Position numbers and translations under genes: made by a program
Part shown: positions 13,170-26,440 of the stretch, one piece after another
Numbering within the stretch: the first letter of the stretch is position 1
Layout: every line of letters starts with the position of its first letter
The notes under the pieces: generated by a model
Databases searched by the model: none
Told to the model about the DNA's origin: nothing
What the model saw: only the letters and a program-made list of their open reading frames with translations
Source of the DNA: Octopus sinensis
Taxonomy: Eukaryota
NCBI RefSeq assembly: GCF_006345805.1
Contig: NC_042997.1
Coordinates: 92,566,001-92,630,000, forward strand
Reading direction: 5' to 3'
DNA length: 64,000 nt

Positions 13170-13850
13170 TATACTTAAATAATAAAACTCTGGAAAGTTT
13201 TGCAAAAGGCTTGGATCTGTAGTTTTCGATTCAGCTTTCTCCTTTCTGGTTTTGAGAAACCTAATTTCTCGAGATTGATACTTAGGTAGTGTTACGTACC
13301 CCAGTATCTCAATAATTACAGGTACAAACCTGAACTTGTAATCTGGATAGAGTAACTGTAGATTTCTCAATAGTTCAGCATAGGTATTTCTTTTCCCCTG
13401 ATCTTTAGCTTTATGTTAACATCTGTTGGGCATTTGATTTCTACTACTATTTACAGTTTCTCTTCTCTATTTATATTTTTATGTCAAGTCTATTATGTTT
13501 ACATTTTATTCAGGTTTTCACTAGGGCATTCCACCAACAACCCTTAATATTATGAGTGGTTATGGTCTCTACCATACTGTGGGTTCGTATTTCTTTGGCC
13601 TCATGGTTATCCTTCCGACGGAACTCATTATTGTTTCCTGGCTACAGCATCATGTCCCATCGGTAGATAATACCACGATGACATTTTTGAACAACTGCTT
13701 ATGATGTAGGTGATATCTTCGGTGTTTTAAGCCCACAGAGTCTGCATCGTTTATCACACTTTGGTGTTTTTCCTGCGTTTGTGTCTCTTTTTGTGAATGA
13801 GATATTTGGTTGATATTTCTTGTTCCTGGATTGCAAACGCATACTCTTCA
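13170..13850 (-). mobile_element. Older R4-like RLE retrotransposon 3' fragment (second family)
   Basis: Minus strand: FAIQEQEISTKYL..CRLC..SSCSKMS..HDAVA, and RNLQLLYPDYKFRFVPVII..LG C-terminus. Confidence 0.75.
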
Positions 13851-13859
13851 AAGTGGGAA

Positions 13860-13922
13860 TTAGTAATCCGATTGTTGGTCTATGAAAGACTGCCTTGATG
13901 ATGTATGTGTGTATGTACGTAC

Positions 13923-13953
<31 letters not shown>

Positions 13954-14180
13954 TGTATGTATGTATGTATGTATGTATGTATGTATGTATGTATGTATGT
14001 ATGATGTATGTATGTATCTAGTATATATGTATGCAGTATGTGTACGTGCGTGTGTATATATCCCGTTTCATTCACAAGGGGTGGATCGACCCAAGGTCAC
14101 AGAAAGTAACATTTGCTCAAGATGCCACGCAGCTGGATCGAATCCTGGACCTCGTGGTTGTGAAGTAAACTCCTTAACAT
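13860..14180 (-). mobile_element. SINE family B, degenerate, with internal (TATG)n
   Basis: TTGCTCAAGATGCCACGCAG..GATCGAATCC matches the family B head (reverse); microsatellite at the usual internal position. Confidence 0.5.
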
Positions 14181-14467
14181 ACTCAGTTCCGATATGTTTT
14201 CGCCTACATGTAATTATGCATATGAATGTGCGTATGTGCGAGTATGTTCGTGTATATGTGTGTATGCCTTTATTTATGTGTACCTATCTAACTTGTTTTA
14301 CATCAAGAATTATGAAGCAGCCCTTTGTTATACAGGTAGATATCAAATAAGTATCATACTAAAATAAATATATATGATTAAGCAAAACACTGCATGTCGA
14401 TGCTCCAGTAAGGCAAGCAGTTTAATGACTGAAGTCATGAGAAAAATAAGATAATGCATTCATTATT

Positions 14468-15075
14468 GGCTTCAAATTTTGGCTTAAGGCCAGCAAGTTC
14501 GGAGGATGGGATAAGTCGATTACATCGACCCCAGTTCTCAACTAGTACTTATTTTATCGATCCAGAAAGGATGAAAGGTAAAGTCGACTCGGCGGCATTT
14601 GAACTTGGAACGTAAAGACGGACGAAATGCTGCAAGGCGTGTTAAAAATTATGTCAGCTTTAATTAAAGTGTTACATCGAATGTAGTATTCAAGGCGGCG
14701 AGCTGGCAGAAACGTTAGCATGCCGGGCGAAATGCTTAGCAGTATTTCGTCTGCCGCTACGTTCTGAGTTCAAATTCCGCTGAAGTCGACTTTGCCTTTC
14801 ATCCTTTCGGGGCCGATTAAATAAGTACCAGTTACGCACTGGGGTCGATATAATCGACTTAATCCGTTTGTCCTCTCTGTGTTTAGCCCCTTGTGGGTAG
14901 TAAAGAAATAGGTACTTCCTCCGTCTTTTCGTTCTAATTTCAAACGCTGCCGGGGTCGACTTTGCCTTTCATTATTTCGGGGTCAGTAAAATAAGTACCA
15001 GTTGAGAACTGGGGCCAATGCAATCGGCTTACCCCTCCCGCTTAATTGCTGGCCTTGTACCAAAATTTGAAGCAA
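14468..15075. mobile_element. Cluster of three SINE A copies (14468-14640 minus; 14693-14915 and 14916-15075 plus)
   Basis: Repeated family A body. The 14693 copy carries the alternative tail CTTAATCCGTTTGTC..GTAAAGAAATA. Confidence 0.8.
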
Positions 15076-15878
15076 TTATTGCACTTTAATATGCGAAATA
15101 TAATCCTCTGAAAAATAACCTACATTTCTTAATATAATGTGTAATACTGGTGTCTTTTATGGAAATTCTGGAATTAAATACACTCCACTATCGAGATAGG
15201 GGAGTGGAATGCGTTTCTTCTCTCAGTGTCTCTTAAATATCATTGGAAGAGATACGAATGTTTGCAAGTACAGAAAGTCAGCTACAGATACATCTGGTAG
15301 CTATTTCTCTCCACCCATAACTCCTAAATAATTACAAATAAGGCGGAGCTTTAAGAAAAGAAGACTAAAAGAAACTCCAGTCATATATAACATATCTTTA
15401 CATCAAATTTATGGAAGACACTAATATATCATGGCAACCGTTGAAAATTCGGTGAATAAGAAACATTCTAGAAATAGAGTCGAAACAGAATGATGATAGC
15501 TAGGATAATTTCTTGGATAAAGGAAAATTGAGAGCCAGCATAAACTTAGTGTAAAAAAAATATTCAGTTAAAGCACATTGTTTTCCGTTTGATCTTACAC
15601 ACATAAATACATTCGTTATTAACGATACATAGCGCATGTAGGTGTGAAAGAAAAAAATTAATCACACAGTTACATGTGTGAGTATGTGTGTTCGTGTGTG
15701 TGTATTAGCGTCTGTTTGTGATATTTGTGTGTATGCATGGGAGCATTGAGTTAGCTAACATTTGGAGTAATTCTGATTCCTTATACATTGACCTCAAATT
15801 CAAGGGATATGGAGATGATTTTGTAGCATAATATATGAGCACTTCAGTTGGAAAAATAATGAAAAATAGATAACACAC

Positions 15879-15948
<70 letters not shown>

Positions 15949-16319
15949 CCACGTGCATATGTCTGTCTGTCTGCATGTAAATATGTATGTATATCATCTA
16001 TCTATTTACATACATAAACACATACATATATATATATATATAAACACACACACGTACACACACACATACACACACACACACATATGTATATATAGGATCT
16101 TTACCTTTTGACCGACAGATTTAAAAAATAACTTTTTGTAACTAAACACTTTCAAACTTCGGACATTGGTAGAATGTGTCATATAAAACATCTTTTACTC
16201 TTAGCGGTTTTGAGAAAAACTTATATTTACAAAGTTATTTCACGTTAAAATTGTCGTATTTCGGTAATTTCAGCCAATCAATGACGTGTATTCAGCCGAA
16301 TAAAATTACTGCTATCGTT

Positions 16320-17640
16320 TGTCAACAAGAACTTCCAGCGACTTCTCGGCATTGATCTAAGCCCCTGCAACCGATTCATGTTCTTCTAGAATAGAGCTGA
16401 CCGTCTCCACATCGGAGGCGTCCGACACCATGACGGTGACGTCGCCCGTGTTTGCAAACATTGTTCCTCCGATGCCCCTCAATTGTTCCAACTTCCACAG
16501 CAGTGGCTCGAGAGCTAGCACGTATAGAAAGGTTCCGCTAGCTGGCCATTTACTTTGACCACCGAGCAGGTGCCACTGTGCATTGCAGTGATTCAGCCCC
16601 TGAAAACGGGTCCGAAACTAACCGCTTTAAGGACGGATTCCAGGTAACGATGGTCAACTTAATCGAATGCTTTTGATTGATACAAATTGATCAGTGCCCC
16701 ACCGAAGCCAGCTTTAGTCCCAGTCCTCTATATGATGTATTGCATAAGGTGGGGGCTGTTGTGGATAGATAAAATTCGGAATTGCGCACTAGACTAGCAA
16801 TGACAAGAGCCAACCTTTTCGCTAGCACCTTCGCTAAAATCTTAAATTCAGTGTTTAGTAGAGTTATGGGCCGAAAACTTTTTAGTATGTCCCCATTGCC
16901 GGCGTCCTTCTTCAACAGTGTCACCGCAACCCAACTAACAGCACTGAGAATTCTCCCGTTCTGTTGCTAGTTGCGGCCAAATAGTCTGGCACGAATACAT
17001 AGAATTCATAGGGTAGACCATCTAAACCTGGCAATTTGCGACTTGTGCAATCGCTCATCGTCTCTCGTATTTCAGTGGCCATTATCGGCTTTTCGCAGAA
17101 CCTCGCATCTGCTGCTGAGAGATGCGGCAAGCCATCTAGGTACGAACTAAAGTCCGCTACCGTCACTGACCCATCGCCCCTTCCAAACAGCTGCATGAAG
17201 TGCTGCTGAAAAGCCGCACACATCTGCTGAGAACCATGTAGCACGCACCCGTCCCGATCTGTCAAAGACACGATTGTAGCTTTGTTGCCACGTTGCGTCT
17301 CCACCGTTCGAGCCCATCTGACGGCTCATGTTTTAGCGGACGGGTCTTATCTCTGACAACGCAACCTTCGTGTTTGCCTCAAAGAAAATGACAAGATCCA
17401 TTCTCACTGCTAACAGGTCAGTCGCGATGCCTTTACTAATCGCCTCTTCTAGTTTGCCAACTCGCTCTCCCTCTCATCTCTTTCTTTCCATTGCTAAGTC
17501 TTTGCTAAACTCTATTGGTTCTGCTCTAATCGCCCTCTTCAGGGTTATCCACCACCGGTTGTTAACGATTGCCCCCATCAATTGCCGCTTAACTAGTTCA
17601 CTAATCCGGTCCCTATAGTCTTTGCGCGCCAGAAAGGACG
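16320..17640 (-). mobile_element. Tx1/L1-clade LINE, RT region, decayed
   Basis: Minus strand: PGLDGLPYEFY, LLKKD..FRPITLLNTEFKILAKVLAKRL, PLLYVLALEPLL, DVTVMVSD, INAEKS. Confidence 0.85.
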
Positions 17641-17911
17641 CGTTCAACTTCCACTAACTGGGTCCTTGTCTGCGCATCATATTTAAATCGATTGTGCAGA
17701 TAACAAATTTGCAGTCTATGCAGCCGACCAATTTGAATGCAAAATGCAAAACAATTATTACGTAAAATGATACCCCAACGATCAAGACAATGTAAGTAAA
17801 ATACTTCTTAACCAGCCGAAATGCTTGATTAAACACTTACAAATTACGGATGTCCAACATGTATGACTTCACAGCCTAACGGCCATAATAATAACGATGA
17901 TGATGATGATG

Positions 17912-17971
<60 letters not shown>

Positions 17972-18099
17972 CTCTGCCAATGCAACACCAACGTTCTCTC
18001 AACGATTAGCCAGAGATGATTCTTAAAATGAGGATATCTGAAATAAACTCGACTGCTCTCACAAACGAGAATACTAAAAATGAACCGGATCGCTCTCAA

Positions 18100-18312
18100 A
18101 AATTAAGTAAAAAAAGGCAGGGGAAAAGTAATCCAGAATCCTTGTCCAGTACCGGATCTATTCCCAAATCTAATCAGTTCGTGCTAATCACAAGGCCAAA
18201 CATCTCTGAAAGTTTCATCCAAATCCATCCAGCGGTTCTTGAGAACTATTGTCCACGGACAAACAAGCACGACTGAAAGAATACCTCCGCCTTCCCTAAG
18301 GCGGAGGTAATA
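18100..18312 (+). mobile_element. Helentron-associated (HINE/DINE-1-like) non-autonomous element, 3' end
   Basis: Terminal 12-bp hairpin TACCTCCGCCTT-CCCT-AAGGCGGAGGTA (18282-18309) followed by ATAATAAT; upstream body AAGTTTCATCCAAATCCATCCAGCGGTTCTTGAG. Confidence 0.55.
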
Positions 18313-18559
18313 ATAATAATCTTTTATTGACCACAGAGAGCTTACATCAAGAATAACATTTTGGACAGAGCAAGACAAAACTTTGAATGTGTGTGTGTGT
18401 GTGTGTATGTGTGCGCATGTGTGTTGTTGTGAGGGGTTTGCGTGTAAACAAGTTTAACGTTAAAAGAATAAAAACAAAACATTTTAACAATGTGTAATTT
18501 GCAATAGAAAGAAGACGTTCGAAGGTTTCTCATAGAAAGAAACCCATAGAACCATTGGT

Positions 18560-19815
18560 GCACTGACTTCTGGAGCAGGTGCCTTTTCTCAGTTCTTTAT
18601 ATCCAATTTACAGTGTATGCTCAGGGCAAGCCAGTTTACTCGCCACTCTCATCCACCTTTAAAACAAAATGGCTGGAAGGCAACACTTCCCTCTCCACAC
18701 CCTATTTTCCTCTTCAAATGAAACTTGAAGTTTATGAGGAACTGGCCAAAGAGGAAAGTGTTTGTCTTCAGCCCCTTCAATCTCGTTCACCATACAACCT
18801 CTTTCGCCATGGCCTCCGAGCATGCAAAACTGTTTGCCCTTCCCGGTTAAAAGAAGACGGCGGGTGATCTTCACGATGGATCCACTTGACAACCTGATTC
18901 ATCCTACACGCAACAGCACGAGTTCGACATGAAGTTACGGGTCAGCAATACTTGAGCACTGGATGAGTGCATGCAGGACGGTTTCACCGACCTACACGCA
19001 TTTCGAACATGCTCGGTTGACAGTATTTTCGTGCCTGTAGAGTAAAACTCCCCGGTAACACTGCAAGACCAGGGATTTCTGGAAGTTATCCATCGGTCTT
19101 GAGTCGAAAGTTCTCCGGAAGAGAGCGGCTAGCTGATTGTCTTCGTCGCCCAAGTTCTCCCCAAGAACGTGATCGCATCTTGCCGCCACTAACCCTCTAA
19201 GAACGCTAGAGTGGAGTTTCTCCTTATGTCTGACTGATTGAGGGTTGTGAGCGCTTGAAGATATCCCGCTTTTCAAATGCCTTCTCTCGGGCTCTGTTTG
19301 ACCCAGGATTGTAGCTCCGTTGAGGAGACCAGCTGGGAAAACACGTGTCTAGCGAACGGCGACCACACCAGTTCACTGTTAAGGAAGCGCTGGAAGTGCC
19401 ATAGCCTTAGCGCATGTTTACACATCATCAGCCACGGCATCACGCAGCGGGTGTTAACAGCAGATAGACACCCTGACCATCGGAACACCTCCCGTCCATA
19501 AGAAAGGAGACTGTATACGCTCCAATGCAATCAGACGGGAACCGAAACAAATCACGGTGGTCAGGCACGACGAACGTAATGCATGCGTTAGCCACCTCTA
19601 CCCGACTTTTCAGGGATAGCTTTCTCTCAGGACATTTTTGAGTGAAAGTAGTTACCCTGCTTGTTACCGCGTCCTAGTTTTTGTCTCTCTGAAGGTCCGG
19701 ACTGAATCAAAGCCCAAGGAATTTAACTGGTCTGTCCGTCCATTGCCCAACGATACAGTTGGACGACATGGACTTGCCTCTCCAGGTGTCGAGCTGCAAG
19801 CTCACTGACTTTACC
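18560..19815 (-). mobile_element. Tx1/L1-clade LINE, RT thumb to C-terminus, decayed
   Basis: Minus strand: INQVKSVSLQLDTWRGKS..WTDRPVKFLGL*FSPDLQRDKN*; C-terminal Cys cluster (RACSKCV). Confidence 0.7.
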
Positions 19816-20123
19816 TGGTTAATTTTTCGCTCCTGGCACCGCCTCGTAGTCCATGAGAGCGGTATGTTTTTCTTGATGTAAACCCTTTGTGGTCAATAAA
19901 GACATCAGCATCATCATCATCATCGTCATTGTTATTATTTTTATGAGTGGTGATGGATTGCAGAAACAGTGGAGAGTTAAACTAAATAAATACCATCCAA
20001 TATATAGTTGGGATCCTCTGCACTCTGAATCATCGTTAGGCCTCACAAGTTGACCTGAAAAGAAAGACATGTGTGTGCGTGTGTGTGTGTATGTGTGTGT
20101 GTGTGTCTCTTTCTTTCTTTCTC

Positions 20124-20165
<42 letters not shown>

Positions 20166-20288
20166 CCCTCTTTCTTTTCTACCCTGTTTTGAAAACATTG
20201 CAAGTGAAAAGTTTCAACCGTCTCTGCGAACCGGTTATTACAGGAAGGAAAATATACTCACAAAATAATAATAATAATAATAATAATA

Positions 20289-20375
<87 letters not shown>

Positions 20376-21199
20376 TATAATAATAAATCACATTTTTCCA
20401 ATATGTGTGAAAGATACATTTAGAACATTTCTAGGCAGTTGACATTTTCCCTTAAAATAATAGAACAGTTAGCTTTGGTTATTTTCTTTAAATTCAAGTG
20501 TACCACAACTTGTAGATTATCTTACTTGTCAACTGTCAAGAAAGAAAACTAAATTTTCTGAAACTTACTGTGTAATATCAGACTGAGGGAAGGATACTTA
20601 TCACTTATGTCCTTTTACGTATAACCATGTGTGCATGTGTATATTTATATATGTGTAGAGAAAGAAAATAGTCTTCAATATTGAAAATAGAATTGCGCAT
20701 TATATTTATTGAAATCTAGAGTTTCATATTCTTTCATTCTTTTCTTCTTCTTTTCTCCCCTTACTCTCTTTTACTTCTCTAGACAATTTCCATTCCCTTC
20801 ACTTATTTTGTATATAACGATTATATTCATAACCAATAAGATTCGTTTTGTTTCAATCTTATGCAGTGAAAACATGTTAAGATATGCAAACCTCTCCAGT
20901 ATATGATTTTCATATATCTTTCCGACGTTACGTTTTCATATATGTCGGAAAGTCAGAAATGAGAAACTTGGAGCAACGATTTGTGAAGTTTCAACACTCA
21001 AGTAGATATAATACACAGTTCCACTATCAGTACTGAGTAGACATTTTACTCTCCATGTTTCATGCACAGGTATTTACACATACTATAACCCTTTATATAG
21101 TTGGGTACTGCTTACTGATAGCTAACAGCCTGCTGAATGTGGAACAGCACGCATTCATTTTTTTTCTACCCAAAGTATATTTATTCTTTCTAGAATGTA

Positions 21200-21900
21200 T
21201 TAAATGAAATTCTGAATCGAAAATTTAGAAAACTTTATAAGAACGAGATGGCGGACTTATTTGTTCGACAGAGATGTGTCAGAAATTCAGCAGAATATTG
21301 TGAATTCAAATATAGAAAAACATACCCCAGTAAAAGAAAAAAGAACCCGATTCATTTAAAACAGCTCTTTTTAATCTAGTAAAATGGGTAGAATTCAGGA
21401 ACGTATACAACATCTCTCAATGTTCTGTAGATAAGAATTTAACATCTTTAATCCTAAGAATATGTGTGCATTTTCGGATAAGACCCAAACCAACCACAAT
21501 ACCGGGAAAAAATATACAAACCGGACTATTATGTAATAACATTACATTTACAAAATCCTGGCATCAGTACAGATAACTCTATAAACCTAACTTACCATCC
21601 ACACCATATATAACTCTCAAAAATCACAAACCTAATTTTTCTAGTAACCACAAATATAGGTGAATCAGCCATGTAAATGCGATTTAGGAATAGCTAGAAA
21701 ACATGTTGGATTCAATTACACTTAGATTTTAAAAAATCTTAGAGTCTTTCCAATATGAATCAATAATATGTAAATAGTAGAATAGTTCAGAAGTATGAAC
21801 AACAAAGAACACAGGAAATTTACCAGTTTGATATTATTGATAATATTCCATAACGGAAGCCTTTGATAGTATTGTACCTATAAGTGGATCTGATATTAAA
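21200..21900 (+). pseudogene. Penelope-like element N-terminal/RT relic (Naiad-like signature)
   Basis: Manual translation: RTRWRTYLF, FKYRKTYP, FSDKT, PYITLKNHKPNFSSNHKYR*I, QFDI. These match the RWxAxFF / DKT / ITLKDHKPNF / FDI motifs of PLE RTs; many stops. Confidence 0.7.
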
Positions 21901-22569
21901 TAATTGTTTGTAAAGAAATACATTTGATTATTTGATAATTCATCCTGGGTCGAAAGCAAAACGGGGATGAATTGTTTAAAGTTTTGGAATAGCTTTGATC
22001 ATAGGTCTCATCGGTCAAAGTAATCTGCAGTTCAGCAAAACAACAGCAGCAGTAGCAATAACTCCTCTACTGCCAATAAGTATTGAGTCCAGTCAAAATA
22101 AACTAATGATTAAGCGTACATATACAAAGGTTGCAGAGTCGTTATCAAGCTACAGGTGAAATCATATCGAACAGAATTTGAACTAATACAGCTCAAAACG
22201 TCTAACAATTAGTCTTCATTTTATAATGGAGACAATTAATGTATATGTTTTTGCAGAAATACGATGGACTAGTTCAGTTATTGAGTGACTAATCTCTCTG
22301 TTAAAAGATGTAAATTCTTTATCTAATGACTATATGAAAAAGCTAGAAACTAATCTGATAGATTCCACCTTTTCTGCTTATGGAATTTTTGTTTTTAAAT
22401 GCAGTGTAATCACATTGTTTACTTTGCATAGTAAAGCTAAAAATTTGATGTTTATCAAATGTGGTGTACATCACATTTAAAACAACACTGTGAAAAGCAT
22501 AATCATTTAAATAAATAAAGCACAGACGCTGGCGCCACTTAAAAAGCACATGTGATGGTGCTACACATC

Positions 22570-22735
22570 TACTACAAGCAGGAGTAGTTGGTGTTAGGAA
22601 AGTCATCAAGCCGTAGAAACCAGGCCAAAATAGACTATGGAACCTGATGCGACCCCTTGCTTTACCAGTTCCTGTCAAGCCGTCCAACCCATGCCATCAT
22701 GGAAAACGGACGTTGACTGGTAATGATAATGATGA
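22570..22735 (+). mobile_element. Retroposon 3' tail (RTE-type LINE or SINE end)
   Basis: CAAGCCGTCCAACCCATGCCA.CATGGAAAACGGACGTT followed by an (ATG/ATA)n tail. Confidence 0.45.
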
Positions 22736-23581
22736 TAATATATATGTGTGTATGTGTGAGTAGGGGGCAACTAATGAAGGGATTGTTTTTTATGTTGCCT
22801 GTCCTGTTTCTCTTTGTTTCTTTCGTTGCTCGGAAAAAAGTTCTTTTTCCATGTTTTTGTTTTTACCTGTTTTCGTTTTTCATGTTGTTCACGTTTTTTT
22901 TTACGTTCTGTACCCATATATGCATGTGTATATGCATATATATGTAGGTATGTACGTATATGTATGTATATATGCATATATATATATAAAGGAGATGAAG
23001 AAAAGAATTAGCTTACAGCTGCTTCTGCTATAAGATGCAATTGATTCATAGCTGAGTACCTGAGTAACACTTTACGGCCTCATCAGACCCTCAGTCACGC
23101 ACACACGTGTGTGTCACAAACGTTCCCCATCACAAGAGAACAAACACACTGACGCTTCTTCGCTTCTTTACAAAAAAATTCACTCTCTCTCTCTCCCTCG
23201 TCCTAGTTTTTGTCTCTCTGAAGGTCCGGACTGAACCAGAGCTTCATCTGTCTTTCTGATGAAGTACTAACGACATCCAAACTGTGAAAGGCATTTTTGG
23301 TTTCATTCAAACATTAAATTAACATCTTTTTCCATCACACTAAGCATTTCGCCCGGCGTGCTAAAGATTCTGCTTGCTCGCCGCCCTAAAACGCGATTTA
23401 TGTAATAGATATATATATATTATATATAATACAAACATACATTCATACGAACACACACACACAAAATATAAGCATTTTAGTGTGGAGAATATATATTCAT
23501 GGAATATAATTTTAAGTGCAGACGGTGTTTCGACCTAGAGATCCTATCAAGCAATGAATCATGGTTACGCATTTTTCAATG

Positions 23582-23638
<57 letters not shown>

Positions 23639-24191
23639 ACTGGAGCAGTATTTTCACAAAATTATGGCAATGTTAGTCAATGTTGGTATTTCCTCATAAG
23701 GGCTTAATCGATTATGTTGGAGTAAAATTTCAAATTATGTCGATAAATGGAGTAAAAATGATAGGATGGGTGTTGTTTACAAATGCATATGAGAAAAGTG
23801 AAAGAGAAATGAATAAGCTGATAGAAAGAAGGCAGAGAGATGAGTGAGAGAGGAAGAGAGAGAGAGAGAGAGAGGTAGAGAGAGAAGAGAGGGAGAGAGT
23901 AAGTTAAGCATGTCTGGCGCTGTCTTTTTAGAAACTTTCTTCAATTCTTTTTACACAAAACCCGTTCTTTCAATTTACCAAATTTAATGATATTCTTTCA
24001 AATTCTGCTACTAAATAGTACATTCTGTTCATTTTTGTTACAAAGAAGCTCTAATTTAGACCTATCCCATGGTTCTATGGGTTTTTCTTTTTTTTTTTTT
24101 ACAAGAATCCCAACTCAGATTCATCACTTAATAAGATCTCTAGATTGAAATTGATGGCTACAGTGTTGCAAAATATCTTCAACATGTATGT

Positions 24192-24403
24192 AAGGCAGCC
24201 ATCTGGCAGAATCGTTAGTACGCAGGGCAAAATGCTTAGCGGCATTTCGCTGATCTTTACGTTCTGAGTTCAATTTCCGCCGAGGTCGACTTTACCTTTC
24301 ATCCTTTCGGGGTCAATAAAATAAGTACTAGTTCAGTACTTAGGTTGATCTAATCGTCTTATACCCACTCCGAAAGTTCTGGCCTTGTGCCGAATTTTGA
24401 AAG
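24192..24403 (+). mobile_element. SINE family A
   Basis: Family A head and body. Confidence 0.8.
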
Positions 24404-24739
24404 CAATATATGTAAATGATTGTAAGTATAAATGTGTGTATGTATGTATATACATACATACATATATATGTTTATACACTCAACAGTATTCTACTTCATC
24501 AATACACAAAATATTATTTTGATTTTTTAAGGACTAAGTGTGTATGCGCGTGCGCGTGTGCCTGCGTGCTTCGGTTCAATTTTGTTAAAATATATGTTTT
24601 CGTGTAAAATTCCTGATTCTAACCGAAACTTAGATTTTTAATTTTCCGAACTTGCGGTTTTTATTATTCACCACATATATTAGGTAGAACATTAGCATCT
24701 GATTGCTTTCTCAACAATATCGATGTATACAAACATTAT

Positions 24740-24945
24740 AGGAGTGGCTGTGTGGTAAGAAGTTTGCTTCTGAATCACTTGGTTCCGGGTTCAGTTCTAT
24801 TGCGTTGCTCTTTGGCCAAGTGACCTGTAAGATAGCCATGCTGGTGTGTTTACATCCCCGTAACATAGCGGTTCGGTAAAAGAGACCGATAGAACAAATA
24901 CTAGGCTTACGAAGAAATACCTGGGTTGATTTCTACGACTAAAAT
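24740..24945 (+). mobile_element. SINE family B, internally deleted
   Basis: GGAGTGGCTGTGTGGTAAG head joined directly to the GCTGGTGTGTTTACATCCCCGTAAC 3' module. Confidence 0.7.
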
Positions 24946-25065
24946 ACCGCGTATCAGTAAAAAGACTTCATTCTATAAGTCATCGACCAATGATTCATTT
25001 CGTTTTAAAAGGACCCGGGTACATGGTATTGATAAACTACAATAATGGTGAAATATCGGTATCTG

Positions 25066-26305
25066 CGTGGGTGGTTTGAAAAAGTTCATAGGCTGACTAT
25101 GAAGAAGTGTTACTAGAGCTGTGATATCTTGCATGTATTAATTTGAAATCTTGTTATTAATAACTGCATTGTTTGTTTTCAGGCAAACTGATATTTGACT
25201 GAGAGTAACTAATAACGACTTCTTTTGAAGATCAACAAAATTTGGTATCGTGATGTTATAAAGTACCTGCAGAAAAATTATTTTAGTCCCGAAGGACATT
25301 CATCCTGACATGGTTGCAACGTTAGGGGATGATGCCTCAGCTTTATCAACAGTGCAAAAGTGGACAGCATAGTTTAGGAGGGGAAGGGAGAGTCTTGATG
25401 ACCCAACATCTGGACATCCTGCAACTGCCACCAGCAAGGAAAACATTGATCGTACTCACCACATGGTGACGGATGACAAATTATTGGCTACAAATCAGAT
25501 GATCAATACTATTAACATACTCTGTGAGAGAGTTCAGATTATTCTGAGTTCAGAATATTCTGCACAATGAACTTGATGTGACGAAGGTTTCCGTTGGTGG
25601 GTGTCACGTCTTCTGACATCTGTTAAAAAGCGCACTATGTTGATCACTCCAACATTGTTTAAAGCAGATCCAACTGGTTTCCTTGAACCTTTCCTAAGCC
25701 AGGATGAGTGCTGGGTTCATCACTTTGAGCCAGTGACAAAGTGACAATTCATGCAGTGGAAACACTCCTTCTTAACTGCTCCAAAGAAGACCAAGATCGC
25801 TTCATCTGCAAGGTATTTGATGGCTTCAGTTTTGGAGAAGCAAAAAGTATGGTGTTTTTTTTTTAAATTTTACTATCTTCAAAAGAGTTACACCTTAAAT
25901 GGGAAGTATTATCCCAACTTACTGTGGCAATTTTGAAAGGCTATCAAGACCAAATACCCAGGAAAACTGACGAAAGTGATTTTGTTTCATCATGACAATG
26001 CTCCACCATACAAGTTCTGTTGTCCGTAACTGTGGTTTTTAACTGATTGATCACTGCCCCTATTTTCCTGATTTGGTCTCATCTATCATCTGTTCTCCAA
26101 CATGAAAAAGATATTTGGCTAGGAACCAGTATTGCAGTAATGATGACTTCATATCTGCTGTTGATGGCGTTCTTGACCAAAAGGATGAAAGCTTCTTCAC
26201 CACTGGGATCGAAGCATTGCAACATCGATGAAAGAAGTACGTTGGCCGCAAGGACTACGTAGAAATATAAACCTCATTTAATCATATTCCATGAGAGTAT
26301 CTTGG
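25066..26305 (+). mobile_element. Decayed mariner transposon (right TIR missing or replaced)
   Basis: Left TIR-like CGTGGGTGGTTTGAAAAGTTC. Relics: PRSG-like PTSGHP, DECWVHHFEP, QWKH..APKK, HDNAPP, PYFPDL. Confidence 0.8.
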
Positions 26306-26440
26306 TCTTTAACACTCGGCGTCGTTTGGGGTGCTTTTCTCCGACGCTATCTCGTGGCCTCGTTTGAGGTGCTTTCCCCGGACGCTATCTCGTGGCAAAT
26401 ATACGTTTAAACCAAACACATACACTATGTATGTGAGACA
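26306..26440. repeat. Unclassified repeat (second copy at 33815-33910) with an internal ~36-bp tandem duplication
   Basis: CTTTAACACTCGGC..GACGCT..GCAAAT..AAAC.AAACACATACA.TATGTATGTG.GAC shared by both loci. Confidence 0.55.
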
